From a virus (lineage: Duplodnaviria; Caudoviricetes): a DNA stretch of 64,000 bases. The DNA is taken from IMG/VR virus record IMGVR_UViG_3300031760_000048, positions 4,018 to 68,017 of that record; one strand, 5' to 3'. Numbering within the stretch: position 1 is the stretch's first letter; each line of letters opens with the position of its first letter. Below the pieces are notes generated by a model. That model was not told where the DNA came from, searched no databases, and worked only from the letters and a program-made list of their open reading frames with translations. Made by a program: the position numbers and the translations under genes. Below, one piece after another: positions 27,201 through 37,853 of this stretch.

Positions 27201-28062
27201 TAACGCATTGGACTTGCGTAATAAGAAATACGCTGGAGATAATCTGTATAATCATTATCAAAATAGCCGACTACATGGTGAGTCTGATGTATATGGAGAA
27301 GATATGTCCGTGGAAGCTATGCAAAAGACACGAGCTTTCTCAATGGGTACAAATAGGGCACTTACTGGTTTGTATAAAAATATCTCCCTCTCTTACTTGC
27401 ACATGGCAGATCAGGTTGAAGCATATCGCGGTCACGGAAGAGCTTACGACAATAAAAACCAAGCTGCTACTGATTTCATTGCCAGCATGATGGGCTGGAC
27501 AGGCTACACTACTGATGGTAAAAATACTGTTAGCAACTTAGGTAAGGCTTGGGGTTCAAATAGCTGGGCTACAACTATACGTCGTGCGGCTGGATATTAT
27601 CAGAAGGAAGACGGTACATGGGGTTGGAGAAGCCATGAACAGATAAATCGTAACATCGTTCAGATGTATCAGGAGTTCATGCGTATGTATGACCAAATCA
27701 CCGACAAAGAGTTGAAGGCTATGCTGAAGCCATATACCTATACTGGAGTGTGGGATACTTATCGAATGAGAGGCAGTAAGCATCTCGATTTTGGCGTCAA
27801 TTCTCTTCCGGGTGGCGGAACAGGCGGTACTCAAACTTGGAAATCTCCTTCTCAGGATGATGCAAAGATTAAGGGGTACGGCGCAACTCCTAAGCAGATT
27901 ATTGTAAATATAGAAAATCTGATGAAAATTGATAAAATAGACGCAACTGACGAACGCAAGATGGCGGCTATATCTAATCTTAAACAAGAATTGGCTCAGG
28001 CGTTAGTTAGTGTTGTTTCTGATGTTGATGACGAATGGGGTCGTGGTTCAACCGGATTATAA
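24298..28062 (+). CDS. tail tape measure protein (TP901-type core)
   Basis: TKFTAPEVASAGKFLAMAG, NTTLMELAESFKY, LGNAGVKGSSAGTALR; 1254 aa. Confidence 0.93.
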   Translation: MAEQNFAVNYKINVVDNGSKSIKSFTDALATLSNKDPFSGIKASLVTFQDQVASVTASLNQIGNAKVKKIGISFTPESWRNIEQAKKKIATISSDRSISISINAQNAHRSIDKLETRLKKLCGKGYIIPVSVGTPPTSSGNSTTRSAVGTMRNTRVRATAPTTFRSVMGPTYFNSGPNVAREMVKGMGMMYGLQAVISGISGAVKDAISYQNISQTTKNILQANDTRGGFNERFNAMNMTLRNIGVQTKFTAPEVASAGKFLAMAGQGVEEIQGSMRAIANLALIGDTDLGQTADVTTNIMAGFNIKASQMDRVADVLTKTFTSSNTTLMELAESFKYVGSISRQAGLKFEDVAAAMGVLGNAGVKGSSAGTALRNIIYNVLAPTKKQAEAWKSTGIKTTDEYGNMRSLSDLFADLGRYTQDMTSESKVKLFSALFFKRASTSAASLGINAANIDKIFKASSSTSSMGIAHDLAWAKNNMTVEGLWHQTTSAFTEAGIKAFESIQSSLMGFLRELTEKFKRPEFVEQMKSGMQFMLDIVKAIVDAIGTIGKMWTNTPDYFKSIFKTFVTVQMWMGIVLSPIKALASMLSPLGALVKRTQAIASGEIIANGGANTTGGRLSRGVMYTRGRVNQTYARWRYRGLSNLAGMYFANHPIQASPLSNAGRKAITRYAAHAPGMFTFDRKLGRFVPTQMDLFRYTGPNDDYYRSRIDSRQAALVRYQRMRQRSFIHNPLGVMQQSSVRSIRMTGAALSRIGKAAGIAKAGITSVLGALGIAPWMAAVAAVGAFAYGVYRANAAADKASESFSRMNMAAKSLTETNIDWSDSNALILSQMGTVSSWLSTESDKVLAAADVWNKFWRERSGVDAPKPDALFKDQNSAYNDVINTTTGFNGWWNRDGKNWRLANAVAAQYGLINLNEKDSSKRYYMRRLNKNTGDKDALQALSVYAYAMSGDNPKVKQYKRGLIEDINALDLRNKKYAGDNLYNHYQNSRLHGESDVYGEDMSVEAMQKTRAFSMGTNRALTGLYKNISLSYLHMADQVEAYRGHGRAYDNKNQAATDFIASMMGWTGYTTDGKNTVSNLGKAWGSNSWATTIRRAAGYYQKEDGTWGWRSHEQINRNIVQMYQEFMRMYDQITDKELKAMLKPYTYTGVWDTYRMRGSKHLDFGVNSLPGGGTGGTQTWKSPSQDDAKIKGYGATPKQIIVNIENLMKIDKIDATDERKMAAISNLKQELAQALVSVVSDVDDEWGRGSTGL

Positions 28063-28072
28063 AATTAAAAAT

Positions 28073-29143
28073 ATGAGTGTATATTCAAATTTGATATTTT
28101 CTACTCAGAGTGGAGCTGAAGCTATGGTAGCACGCTATTCTGGCAGCTACCCGGCAATGGTGAAAGATATAGCGTTGGGTAGGGGGAATAACAATTTAAG
28201 GCTTCTCCCTACCCAGCAGCCTGCTAATATTGAGGTCATTGCATTGAGATGGCGTGCATATCAAACTGCTCGTAAGGCTATGTACGATAGTATTAACGAG
28301 TATAATTTGATGCAGCTTAAACAAAGAATGACCGACGAGGGGAGCGTGTTTGGGCAGAATCAGCGCAACATAACCCAGCTGATAAGTAATACAGAGCTGG
28401 CTGACTCAGAGACATATAATGAGTTAGGGGTTATTGTAAAATACATGGGGAAAGTTGCCAATGAAGCGTTGGTAATGTGGATTCCTTCCGATACTGAGCA
28501 TGAAATCAATTTTCAGACTTATGCTGATAAGATACGAGGATTATCCAGATCGACGCATATAGGGTCATCTTTTTCGCAGACTAACAAGAACAACGATACA
28601 AACTTTCAGCGTGTAAAAGTGAAAGCTGACCCTCTTTTCATTGACCTTAGTGCGATGGTCCAGTTTTCATCACAGAACAATATTATATTGACGAATGTAC
28701 AAGGTCGAGATTGCAGCCGTAAGGAATATATCTCTGCTGGCGATATGAAGTTCTCAGTGCAAGGTAGGATATTCAGTAATTATCCAGATGTATATCCTTA
28801 TGCAGAGGTTAGCAAGCTTCGTCGCATATTTCAGCATAAAGGGACTGTAAAAGTTGCCAATTTGATGTTCGACCAATATAATGTCACTGAAATTGTAATT
28901 ACTGACTTCTCAATGACTCCTACTGAAGGAATGAAGAATGTCCAGAATTATCAATTCAACTGTGTGGCTATTGAGCCGAATAAGATTGAAGGAGAAGTAA
29001 AGGATACGATTAGTGTTGCAAATACCGTTATTCGCGAACAAAAAGCGCTTGGCTGGACTAATATGATGCTGACTAATTTAGCAAATAGCGGCATCAGTTC
29101 TGCTATTGATACTGTGGACGGAATGATGGCTAAATATATTTGA
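28073..29143 (+). CDS. baseplate / tube-initiator protein (DUF6046-like; start at MSVYSNL)
   Basis: NNIILTNVQGRDCSRKEYISAGD, YPYAEV motifs; follows the tape measure gene. Confidence 0.7.
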   Translation: MSVYSNLIFSTQSGAEAMVARYSGSYPAMVKDIALGRGNNNLRLLPTQQPANIEVIALRWRAYQTARKAMYDSINEYNLMQLKQRMTDEGSVFGQNQRNITQLISNTELADSETYNELGVIVKYMGKVANEALVMWIPSDTEHEINFQTYADKIRGLSRSTHIGSSFSQTNKNNDTNFQRVKVKADPLFIDLSAMVQFSSQNNIILTNVQGRDCSRKEYISAGDMKFSVQGRIFSNYPDVYPYAEVSKLRRIFQHKGTVKVANLMFDQYNVTEIVITDFSMTPTEGMKNVQNYQFNCVAIEPNKIEGEVKDTISVANTVIREQKALGWTNMMLTNLANSGISSAIDTVDGMMAKYI

Positions 29144-29144
29144 T

Positions 29145-30638
29145 ATGAAGAGTTCACCATATAAAGAAAATAAGGATTTCCCAGATGGACTTGATATTCT
29201 GTGCTGTAAGATATTGGTATGGGATGTCAGTGAGGACATGCCGGCTATTACTCAGGGCGGTGCTGACCCCGACGAGAGAAAATGTCTTGTCCTAAGAGAG
29301 TGCTCGGAAATTGAAATATCTGACACCTACAAGCAGCTTATCAGCTCGGCTACCGTTAAATTTCCGAGAGGCACGATTGTGCATCGACCTGTATTGAATG
29401 TAAATAACAATGATTTGCAGAATGGTGAAGAGGAGCGTGTATATACGGAAGTTATGCCTAACGGTACAATCGCGACAAGACGCAATAATACATCTTTGTT
29501 AGCTCCTACTGATTTTAAGCCTAATCAGCGTATCCGCATCTATCTTGGTATGTGGAGATATGACAGCAACAAGTATTTTGCAACTGAGAAAGAGCGTATT
29601 GCTTGGATGGACAGCATTTGTAAAGAAGGTGGTCCTATGTTTGATGGCTATATAAGAAAATGTAGTGTAGCTACTCCGATAGAACTTAAATGCGAGAATT
29701 TGGCAGCGGCGTTGAAGCGTAAAAACTGTTGTACTACTGAAATCACAACGGGTGAAAAATGTACCGTCAAGGATATTCTTTATACTAAGGAAGAAGGCGG
29801 TAAATATGGATTATTGCAAGGAACTGGGCTAAAGCTGCATCCTGATACCTTGGCAGAAGAAACTATTGTTGGTAAGATAAAAATTTATCCAGATGAAACT
29901 GTTGCTGATATACTTTCAACTTGGTCTAAGAATAAGCTGTATTGTTTTATTCGCAACGATAATGACGGAAATCCTTGCATCAAGGTTGGGCGTTCGTACA
30001 TTTCAACACAAACAGCTAATTCTGTTGTTAAAAACGAGCCTATTGCTCAAATTCATTTTAATTATCATGTCGCACAGGATAATTTAACATTGATGAACTC
30101 AGACCCTTCGTTGCTTGCAGTGGAGGCAAAGTGTCACATCAAGTCTAATTCGCCAGATGGCAAAATGTATAAGATTACATTACGTCTTAATCCGGATTGG
30201 ATCGGACCATCTGATACGACTCATAAAAAATTCCAATACCTTAATGAATCTAAGGTGTCTAAAAAGGAATTGGAGAATGGTCGTATTATCAAAGATAATG
30301 CTGCTGGTGTGAAGGTGGATTTAACAATGTATACAGTGGTCCCTTTTATGTCTACAAAACTTAATTGGGATTTCTCTAAAAAATCTGAACATGAAGCCTT
30401 TCTTGCAGAAGCAAGGGCGTATTTTGAGGGGTATCATTTAAATGGTGTTGACGGTTCTTTGACTTTGTTCGGTGATTTGAAATTACAATCTGGACAGAAG
30501 GTGGAGCTGTTAGATAAACGTGCTCCCGAAAAAAATGGCTGGTATATTGTAGATGAGGTAGTGACAAAATTTGGAACTTCTGGATTTCGTCAGACTATTA
30601 AGATTCCATATTGTATTGCTAAACCAAAAAATGAATAA
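29145..30638 (+). CDS. baseplate hub (late control D-like)
   Basis: ATVKFPR, FDGYI, GSLTLFG, NGWYIVDEVVTKFG..GFRQTI. Confidence 0.75.
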   Translation: MKSSPYKENKDFPDGLDILCCKILVWDVSEDMPAITQGGADPDERKCLVLRECSEIEISDTYKQLISSATVKFPRGTIVHRPVLNVNNNDLQNGEEERVYTEVMPNGTIATRRNNTSLLAPTDFKPNQRIRIYLGMWRYDSNKYFATEKERIAWMDSICKEGGPMFDGYIRKCSVATPIELKCENLAAALKRKNCCTTEITTGEKCTVKDILYTKEEGGKYGLLQGTGLKLHPDTLAEETIVGKIKIYPDETVADILSTWSKNKLYCFIRNDNDGNPCIKVGRSYISTQTANSVVKNEPIAQIHFNYHVAQDNLTLMNSDPSLLAVEAKCHIKSNSPDGKMYKITLRLNPDWIGPSDTTHKKFQYLNESKVSKKELENGRIIKDNAAGVKVDLTMYTVVPFMSTKLNWDFSKKSEHEAFLAEARAYFEGYHLNGVDGSLTLFGDLKLQSGQKVELLDKRAPEKNGWYIVDEVVTKFGTSGFRQTIKIPYCIAKPKNE

Positions 30639-30640
30639 TT

Positions 30641-31540
30641 ATGGCAGAAGAAATATCAGATATAGAAGCTAATGACTTAATTGCCAAGTCTATTAAGCGA
30701 ATTGCTCTGAAAGGCATAGTGGACCATAAAGGCAACGTCAAAGATGCCAAAATGGTGCAGGGTTATGTCAAAGCAGTTCATGATGACCCGTCAGATGACC
30801 TATACGGAACAGTAGATGTGCAGGAATATGGTACTGGTTTTACTCAGCAAGAAATCGATATGGAAGCTGGATTGCATCGTGGCGTGCGTATATCTTCATT
30901 GCAAGATAATAGTAATGGCACGTTTGCCATGCCGCTTCTTCATTCGGCTGTTACGGTAGCTGTAGATCCGGGTACGCTGGATGAATATGTTTTAGCTTAC
31001 TCTCATACTTCTATCCATCAGATACAAGCGCATGAAAAAGTAAAAATTGGAGTAGTTGAAACGCAGCCTTATAATGAGGATGATAACTATCGTTTCTTTG
31101 AAGTGCCTGAGACTGGGCAGTTTTCTGAAACTGTATATACATCTACTTCTGTCGAGACCAAGGTAAAGAACAGTAGCGATAATGATGGCTCTTCTTTGCT
31201 TGTAGACGGCGATAAGGTGCAGGCAACGCATAAAGATGCCAGTTTACTTGTCGATGCACAAAAACTCAGGGCGGCATTTGGTTCTGAAGAGATAATCATC
31301 AACAAGGATGGTGTATTTCTTGGCGATGGAAGCGCTACGGAGTCGGCAGTGTTAGGACAGCAGCTTGCCCAGCTTATGCTTGATTGGTTGGACGCTCTTA
31401 CTCAGGTAAAGACTATGACGCAAGGCGGTCCTCAGCCATTTATAAATTTGGCTAAGTTTGTAGCCTTGAAAACAAAAGTGAGCCAATTTAAAGCCAATAC
31501 GACTGGCTTTTTGTCTAAACATGTAAAAGTACAGGCATGA
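30641..31540 (+). CDS. baseplate spike (gpV/gp45-like)
   Basis: N-terminal OB-fold-like GYVKAV..GTVDV, beta-repeats, C-terminal AVLGQQL...LS.HV. Confidence 0.72.
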   Translation: MAEEISDIEANDLIAKSIKRIALKGIVDHKGNVKDAKMVQGYVKAVHDDPSDDLYGTVDVQEYGTGFTQQEIDMEAGLHRGVRISSLQDNSNGTFAMPLLHSAVTVAVDPGTLDEYVLAYSHTSIHQIQAHEKVKIGVVETQPYNEDDNYRFFEVPETGQFSETVYTSTSVETKVKNSSDNDGSSLLVDGDKVQATHKDASLLVDAQKLRAAFGSEEIIINKDGVFLGDGSATESAVLGQQLAQLMLDWLDALTQVKTMTQGGPQPFINLAKFVALKTKVSQFKANTTGFLSKHVKVQA

Positions 31541-33210
31541 TAGAATTAAATCAAGGAATAGCGCAGCTTCAGGCTGGCTCAGTGTCTGAAACATTATATA
31601 CATTGCTGCTGGCTGGCTTTGAAACAGCCGCTGCTTATGATGTGCCGGACTTTTCAGGAAATGAATATGTAACAGATGGCGTTGTGAATGAAGCAAAGAT
31701 AAATGCCGACCTCGCAACATATCAGGACATTTCCCGAAAAAATTCTGCTTTTATGTTTGCGTCATCCATTATTTCAGCGATAATGGAGAGTGACCTTGGT
31801 AGTGGTATGCCGGGCAATTATGTCTTGAAGACTGGCGATTCTATGGCTGGCAACTTAAATGCTCGCTTTGGATTTTCTGCTGGTCTTGCTGGTAACACTA
31901 TATTAAGTGTGTTTAGCGATGACCAAGGCGATGGCACAACCAGAGATGGGGTTACGATAAATGGCGAGCTTCGTATTGGTGGGCAAAGTTTGTATATGGG
32001 CAACTTCCACACAATCGGGTATAGCAATAACATCTTGGCGTTTCATGCTGGTTCTAAATTCACTTTCGATAAGGATATTGAAGTTAATTCGAGCTACAAG
32101 ATAACTGTCGGGCTGCTTCAGTTGTCTAATAGCGGAATCCGTTATAATGGGCAGGATTTTTACCATACTGGCAATGCTAATAAGAATGATGTTAGCTGGA
32201 CCATGTTGAACGGAACTATTGCTGGCAATTTGGAAGTTACTGGCACAAGCACGTTACATGGGGCTGTTTCAACTTATGGTGGCATCACGCATTATATCGG
32301 TAACATTGCTAAATTTTCGGTTACAAACAATGGAATTAGATTAAATGACAGCTTAAATATCGTTGTTGGCGGAATCCAGTTTGATGGCAACAATGCGTTT
32401 TATATAAAAAACAGTTCTCAGGTTAGTCTTACTGCGCCTAATTATACCCTATTATTTGGTGAAGATGTTCGTAGTATCGTATTGCTTGGCGATTTGTATG
32501 ATGCAACCAATAATTACAAACTGATAGGGAAATATGGCGATGCTTACTTCCCGATGGGCTTTAGAGCGTCGTATAATAAGGTAGGAACGCTGATTCAGAC
32601 TTATGCTGACGGCGTAATATTTTCTAAGTCTGTAAAATTGTATGATGCCGACGGTCCTGCGGTACTTAGCGAAGATGGAATTAAACTTACTCTGGCTGGA
32701 GAGTATTATTACACTGACAATGGAAACAGGCTTCATACGACGAAGAAAACAAGTCTGACGTATGAATTATCCAATAGCTATTATACGCCTCTAAATTCGA
32801 CCGCAATAGCCCTTAAAGTTAATTCTGATGCCGACTTTATTGAATTTAACAGTAAGATTGAGGCAAACCAGTTGGGCATTGTTGGTTCATATACTAAAAT
32901 CTCCGACAATCAGGTGTTTTTCCGTTCTGGAGTTTATTTCCAAGGTATCGAAGGCGCTGTCAAGCTATATGGAGACATGATGCTGGAAAATAGCGTGGGT
33001 TCGTTTTCTTTTAGCTCTGGTTTTGCTGGCAGTGGCTGGCGAATTTATCAGAATGTGACAACTGGAAATTTTGTTGCTACGTTTGATGAGCTGGTGATTA
33101 GAAAGAAAATGCGTGCCTATGAGCTGGAAATCCAGAAAATCAGCGCGACTAACGGGTCTTTATGGGTTTCTGATAGTTGTTCCGGTGATTTTGCGGTTGA
33201 AATTTCCTAA
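31537..33210 (+). CDS. tail fibre-related protein
   Basis: YVLKTGDSMAG, FYHTGN, beta-rich repeats, C-terminal GSGWRI...DELVIRKKM..ELEIQKI. Confidence 0.7.
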   Translation: MIELNQGIAQLQAGSVSETLYTLLLAGFETAAAYDVPDFSGNEYVTDGVVNEAKINADLATYQDISRKNSAFMFASSIISAIMESDLGSGMPGNYVLKTGDSMAGNLNARFGFSAGLAGNTILSVFSDDQGDGTTRDGVTINGELRIGGQSLYMGNFHTIGYSNNILAFHAGSKFTFDKDIEVNSSYKITVGLLQLSNSGIRYNGQDFYHTGNANKNDVSWTMLNGTIAGNLEVTGTSTLHGAVSTYGGITHYIGNIAKFSVTNNGIRLNDSLNIVVGGIQFDGNNAFYIKNSSQVSLTAPNYTLLFGEDVRSIVLLGDLYDATNNYKLIGKYGDAYFPMGFRASYNKVGTLIQTYADGVIFSKSVKLYDADGPAVLSEDGIKLTLAGEYYYTDNGNRLHTTKKTSLTYELSNSYYTPLNSTAIALKVNSDADFIEFNSKIEANQLGIVGSYTKISDNQVFFRSGVYFQGIEGAVKLYGDMMLENSVGSFSFSSGFAGSGWRIYQNVTTGNFVATFDELVIRKKMRAYELEIQKISATNGSLWVSDSCSGDFAVEIS

Positions 33211-33271
33211 AAAATGATATTTCAGGTAACAATAAGATGAGTGTAGCTGCTATTCTTCTGTAAAAAAGAAA

Positions 33272-36200
33272 ATGGCAGCTATTGCTTTACATAAATACAA
33301 GATTTCTATTTCTGAGGAATCTAAACATACACAAGGATTGCAGGTTGGCGATATTGTGCGTAGACAGTACAAAGACGGCAATAATATTATCTATTCCTTG
33401 ATGTGCGTTACAGAAACTGGTAGCGAATCTGGCAGGGAATATTTTATTGGAGTTCTATTGGATGGAGACGCTCCTTCTACCGGACAAGTGTTGGACTTTG
33501 TGCGTGTAACCAATTTGTATAACGCAAATAGGCTTGGTGCTCTGTATCTGACTGCAAGCGACGAGAGCGCGCCATATATGGATGTGATTGATGGTATTGC
33601 CGTAGAACAAAGCCTGTGCTATCCAGTATCAAATAATGATTATAGTTACGAAGATGGCTTTGCTCAGTATGTCATTCAAGGCAAAGACCATCTTAAAAGC
33701 ACATCTTATACACAATCTGGGCTTGGTAACATTCAGCGTATATGTGATATAACCTTTAAGTCATCGGCTGTTTCATCAGATTCTTACGTTGGCATATCGC
33801 AGGACATTGATGACGATTTAAAAGTCGGCGAAGTTGTTTTGATAGGTTTTCATATCAAGGCTAATCGCGCTTTGACTGGTGCTAAGTTGTTGTTTGAATA
33901 CCAAGACCATTCAGTTTCTGATGCTGAAATTACCATTCCGCGTATTCCGGCATCAGATTATGTTTATATGGTATTTGCAGTATCAGTAGATAATTCCGCA
34001 GCGTATAAGCGAAACATGACTATTGATTTTCGCAATGCAAATATTCAGGAAGATGATAGCGTTAGTATTGCAAATCTCAATATAATTCGTCTTTCGTCAG
34101 TTGCAAATTTTAAAGGTGGCACGAAAGCGAGAGTCGGTAAGTTAAACGGTATCGTGGATGAGGTGTTTGGCAGTTTACACGACTATGGCGTATATTCACA
34201 GCGGTTTTTCGCTTCAAAAGCTGTGAATATTGCTGGAACATTGACTGCTGGTGATGAAAATGGCTCAGGCGCTACGTTCTATGCTGGTAAAATTCACAAG
34301 AACGTGTTTATTGACTCACTGAATCTGTCAGGCTGTTCGGGATATACCGCAATTTCAAATGAATCACCGACTGGTCTTGGCAAGAGTGTGATTGGAACAG
34401 CATTGGTCTTTGAAGCACAGACAAAGGCTTGGGCAGATGCGCATAAAGGAATAGCGTATACCTTGTCTTTTTATGTAAAAAGCAGTAATGCCGATTATAT
34501 TACAATATATCAAGGAGAAGATACGCTGGGCGGAATCCGTATTGAGGCTGATGATTCTTGGCATCGATATTCGTTCACCTTTAACCTGATGGAGTATGAC
34601 GGCAATGAAGATTTAGCTTTCACTCTTTCAGCAGAATCTTCTGTAACAATTTCGTCATTACAGCTTGAAACAGGCAAATATGCTACGCAATACCAAGCGA
34701 CAGACACTACCTTATCATATTCAGATGAATATGGTGCGTGGTTCTGTCGTGGTGGCGTTGGCGGAACTATTCAGAACCCTCTGTTACGTTTCGGTAATGA
34801 CGGCTCTATTTCAAGCCGTGGCGATTTATTTCATATCAATGCTGACGGCACTGGTTATTTCGTCGGTGGAGCATTTACTTGGAACGCACAGGGTATTCAG
34901 CTGCGTCAATTGGTGCTGACATGGGACCAGCTTGATTCAAGTATTAAGAATCGTATTGAGAGTGCAGGAACCGAATGGGTAGCGGACTGGAACAAGACCG
35001 CTACGACCATCGGAGAAAATTATATAGTTACGCCGAAGATTTTTGCCGGAACTGTCACGAATAATAAAATGACTGGCGTGTATTTGGGGCAGTTATCAAC
35101 TACAGAAGCAGGAATTTATGGTTTTGATGACGGCAATAGAATCTTTTTTATAGATAAAACTGGCGCGGAAATTGGAGGCTGGTCAATTACATCAGTAGGG
35201 TTACAAAGTCCTACTGGACGTATGCACATTCTATCTACTGGCAGCATCAAGGCTGCATACGGTGACACTACATACTGGGAAGTTCGGGAAAATGGCTCGG
35301 CTTCATTTGCCCAGGGAAATGTATTGCTGAACGCAGATGGAAGCGCATCTTTTACTGGTTCTATAACAGCAGCAAGCGGTGCAATAGGCGGTTGGAATAT
35401 TGGAAGTGACAGACTTACCAGCATGAATATTGCCATGAATACAATAAATCGCTATATTGCCGTTGTAAATAAGACTATGATTACTGGTGAGGAGAACGAT
35501 TTGAATTACCTTACTTCAGTAAGAGCTTTGGGCGGTGTTGCGATGTATTATACTTCATCGGCAGATTGGGGTTTGATTGGATATAATAGCATTGGTCAGA
35601 CCTTTAGTCTTGGTTCGACTAATAAAATTGGTTGCTGGTATTTTGATGATGGCGCGTTGTGGAGTGGGGCAAAAGTGGATACTTTGGCTTCGTATGCTGG
35701 CACAAACAATATTACAATTGGTAGCAATGGTATTCGCAGTCAGGGGTGGTATCTTGATAAAGATGGTGCGGTAGCCTTCGGTCATGGCACGGCATTGTTC
35801 CGCGCTAATGGTTCTGGCTATATTGCGAATCAAAATATTGTCTGGGGAGCTGGTGGTGATGTTACGTTGGGTGGTGGCACAAGCGGTTTCAATCTTGATG
35901 GCTCTGGCTGGGTAGCTGACCATGCGATTTCATGGAACGCAAACGGTGATGTTACTTTTAGCAACGCAGTACGTTTGTCATTTCAGGGTATGGTTACGGC
36001 AAGTGTCATAGACAATGTTTTGGGAGACAGCGCCGTCCTTGCTGCAACTACCAATAGCATCACTGCGAAGATTCAAGAAGCATCAAACGGTAATCCAAAT
36101 CTGTTGGAGAACGCAGCATTATTGGGATTCAGGCATATCGGCAATTTCCCTGTCTGGGGTGACGAGCATGGCGATTATATTCCAGAAGGTTACGATGGTA

Positions 36201-37792
36201 ACTTTGAGCACGATTGTGGCGTAGGTCTGGGAAGCTGGGATTATTATGGTCATAGGACGGCATGGTATCATGGTACGGCAGGCTTAAACACGCATCTGTA
36301 TAATTGTGAATGGATGACGCAGCAAGTTACAGATAAACTGGAGCCTGATACTTGGTATACGTTCTCATTTATGCTGAAGGGTGCTGCTACTTGTAGTCCG
36401 TTAAAGACATTTGTATACCCTAATGCTTGTGTCGAATATACAAGAGATGGCGAAGTCGGTAATTCTCCGGGTGATGTATATTGTCTTTGGACTGCAACAA
36501 CTGAATGGACAAAGCATGTAGTCAAGTTTAAGACACCTCAGATTATCGACAAGACATATCCGATACGATTGATTTTCCGTATTGAGCCACAGGATTCTGC
36601 TGAATTTTTCGTGTATGTCTCTCAGATTAAGCTGGAGAAAGGGAACGAATCAACTGCGTGGAATGATGGCGATACTACGAAAAAACTTTATGATACTGGC
36701 ATTGATATTCAGAAGCGTAAGATTGATATAACGGCAGACACCCTGACTGTAAGAAACAATAGCGGTATGCAAGTGTTTGGCTCTGACGTGAATGGAAATT
36801 TGGATGTGACTGCGGCTATTTCAGCCTTGTCTCTGAATGTCAAAGACTTAGATGGACATGTGCGTTTGCGTTTTGCTATGAACAATGAACAAAACCGAAC
36901 AATATTTGTGAATGATGTAGAACAGCCATTACTGTATAATAATGATTATCCAGCAGACACCCCGATGCTGATAATACTTGATACAGCTGGCAATGTGATT
37001 TACAGCGTAGCAATGACAGGTGTTAGAGGATATGCGTCTTTTGATACCTTAAAAGAATATAGGTCTGGTTTTGGAACTGATATAGTAAATTTTGTTTCAA
37101 TAGATTTGTATTATAATCGTGCTACGACCCTTCAGCGCTTAAAGCGGCAATACTATACTGATTATAATTTTCAGTATGGTTATGTTGGCACTTTGTACGA
37201 TAGCGTTGATACTATTGTTCCGGATGCAGTGTTAACAACGCAATATAGTCAGCATGGTGTGTCACGGGATGTTTTTTATGGCGAACCTTTAACGGAGAGC
37301 TTGCAATCTTTGTATACAGTTAGTGCGGCTACTAACCATAAACCTGTGAGAACGCGAACAGCGTCAATATTCAAGAGTGCCGTAACCAGTGGTGTGAACG
37401 AAAATAAGATATACATAAGTTCACAGCACGATCACGGTGAATGTTTTGTGTGCTGGCGAACGTATGAGCAATATACAAAATTTATCTCTACGTTTACGCT
37501 TTGGGTAGAAGATCGTCGCAATTCATTCAGTATAGATAGTTTTTATTCATACGTTCAAGCGCAGATTCCTAATGGTAGCGATACAGGTCAGTTTAATTTA
37601 GAGCAAGCATTGGTTAATTATTTGGGAAGATATTATTACGATGATTATTGTCAGTTTTTGATAGATGATTGCTATGAGCCTGAGCCGGAAATGACGGATG
37701 CCAATTATGACCGTTTGCGTATTGAATTTATGAAAGATGACGTTACGGTGGATTATGGCGATTCTTACGAGCCAGTATATTACACTTATTAA
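33272..37792 (+). CDS. large tail fibre / host-specificity protein with carbohydrate-binding-like domains
   Basis: 1506 aa; SGAIGGWNI repeats; NLL..N / YTFSF / KLEKG..TAW CBM-like modules. Confidence 0.75.
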   Translation: MAAIALHKYKISISEESKHTQGLQVGDIVRRQYKDGNNIIYSLMCVTETGSESGREYFIGVLLDGDAPSTGQVLDFVRVTNLYNANRLGALYLTASDESAPYMDVIDGIAVEQSLCYPVSNNDYSYEDGFAQYVIQGKDHLKSTSYTQSGLGNIQRICDITFKSSAVSSDSYVGISQDIDDDLKVGEVVLIGFHIKANRALTGAKLLFEYQDHSVSDAEITIPRIPASDYVYMVFAVSVDNSAAYKRNMTIDFRNANIQEDDSVSIANLNIIRLSSVANFKGGTKARVGKLNGIVDEVFGSLHDYGVYSQRFFASKAVNIAGTLTAGDENGSGATFYAGKIHKNVFIDSLNLSGCSGYTAISNESPTGLGKSVIGTALVFEAQTKAWADAHKGIAYTLSFYVKSSNADYITIYQGEDTLGGIRIEADDSWHRYSFTFNLMEYDGNEDLAFTLSAESSVTISSLQLETGKYATQYQATDTTLSYSDEYGAWFCRGGVGGTIQNPLLRFGNDGSISSRGDLFHINADGTGYFVGGAFTWNAQGIQLRQLVLTWDQLDSSIKNRIESAGTEWVADWNKTATTIGENYIVTPKIFAGTVTNNKMTGVYLGQLSTTEAGIYGFDDGNRIFFIDKTGAEIGGWSITSVGLQSPTGRMHILSTGSIKAAYGDTTYWEVRENGSASFAQGNVLLNADGSASFTGSITAASGAIGGWNIGSDRLTSMNIAMNTINRYIAVVNKTMITGEENDLNYLTSVRALGGVAMYYTSSADWGLIGYNSIGQTFSLGSTNKIGCWYFDDGALWSGAKVDTLASYAGTNNITIGSNGIRSQGWYLDKDGAVAFGHGTALFRANGSGYIANQNIVWGAGGDVTLGGGTSGFNLDGSGWVADHAISWNANGDVTFSNAVRLSFQGMVTASVIDNVLGDSAVLAATTNSITAKIQEASNGNPNLLENAALLGFRHIGNFPVWGDEHGDYIPEGYDGNFEHDCGVGLGSWDYYGHRTAWYHGTAGLNTHLYNCEWMTQQVTDKLEPDTWYTFSFMLKGAATCSPLKTFVYPNACVEYTRDGEVGNSPGDVYCLWTATTEWTKHVVKFKTPQIIDKTYPIRLIFRIEPQDSAEFFVYVSQIKLEKGNESTAWNDGDTTKKLYDTGIDIQKRKIDITADTLTVRNNSGMQVFGSDVNGNLDVTAAISALSLNVKDLDGHVRLRFAMNNEQNRTIFVNDVEQPLLYNNDYPADTPMLIILDTAGNVIYSVAMTGVRGYASFDTLKEYRSGFGTDIVNFVSIDLYYNRATTLQRLKRQYYTDYNFQYGYVGTLYDSVDTIVPDAVLTTQYSQHGVSRDVFYGEPLTESLQSLYTVSAATNHKPVRTRTASIFKSAVTSGVNENKIYISSQHDHGECFVCWRTYEQYTKFISTFTLWVEDRRNSFSIDSFYSYVQAQIPNGSDTGQFNLEQALVNYLGRYYYDDYCQFLIDDCYEPEPEMTDANYDRLRIEFMKDDVTVDYGDSYEPVYYTY

Positions 37793-37853
37793 AATTCGAT
37801 AGAGAGCGAACTGGTTGTCAGTTTTCTCTCTATTCTTTTTAAAGTTATCGTAT

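Noticed and set aside
36700-37792. Diversity-generating retroelement target in the fibre C-terminus
   Set aside because: No reverse transcriptase and no template/variable repeat pair seen in the window.
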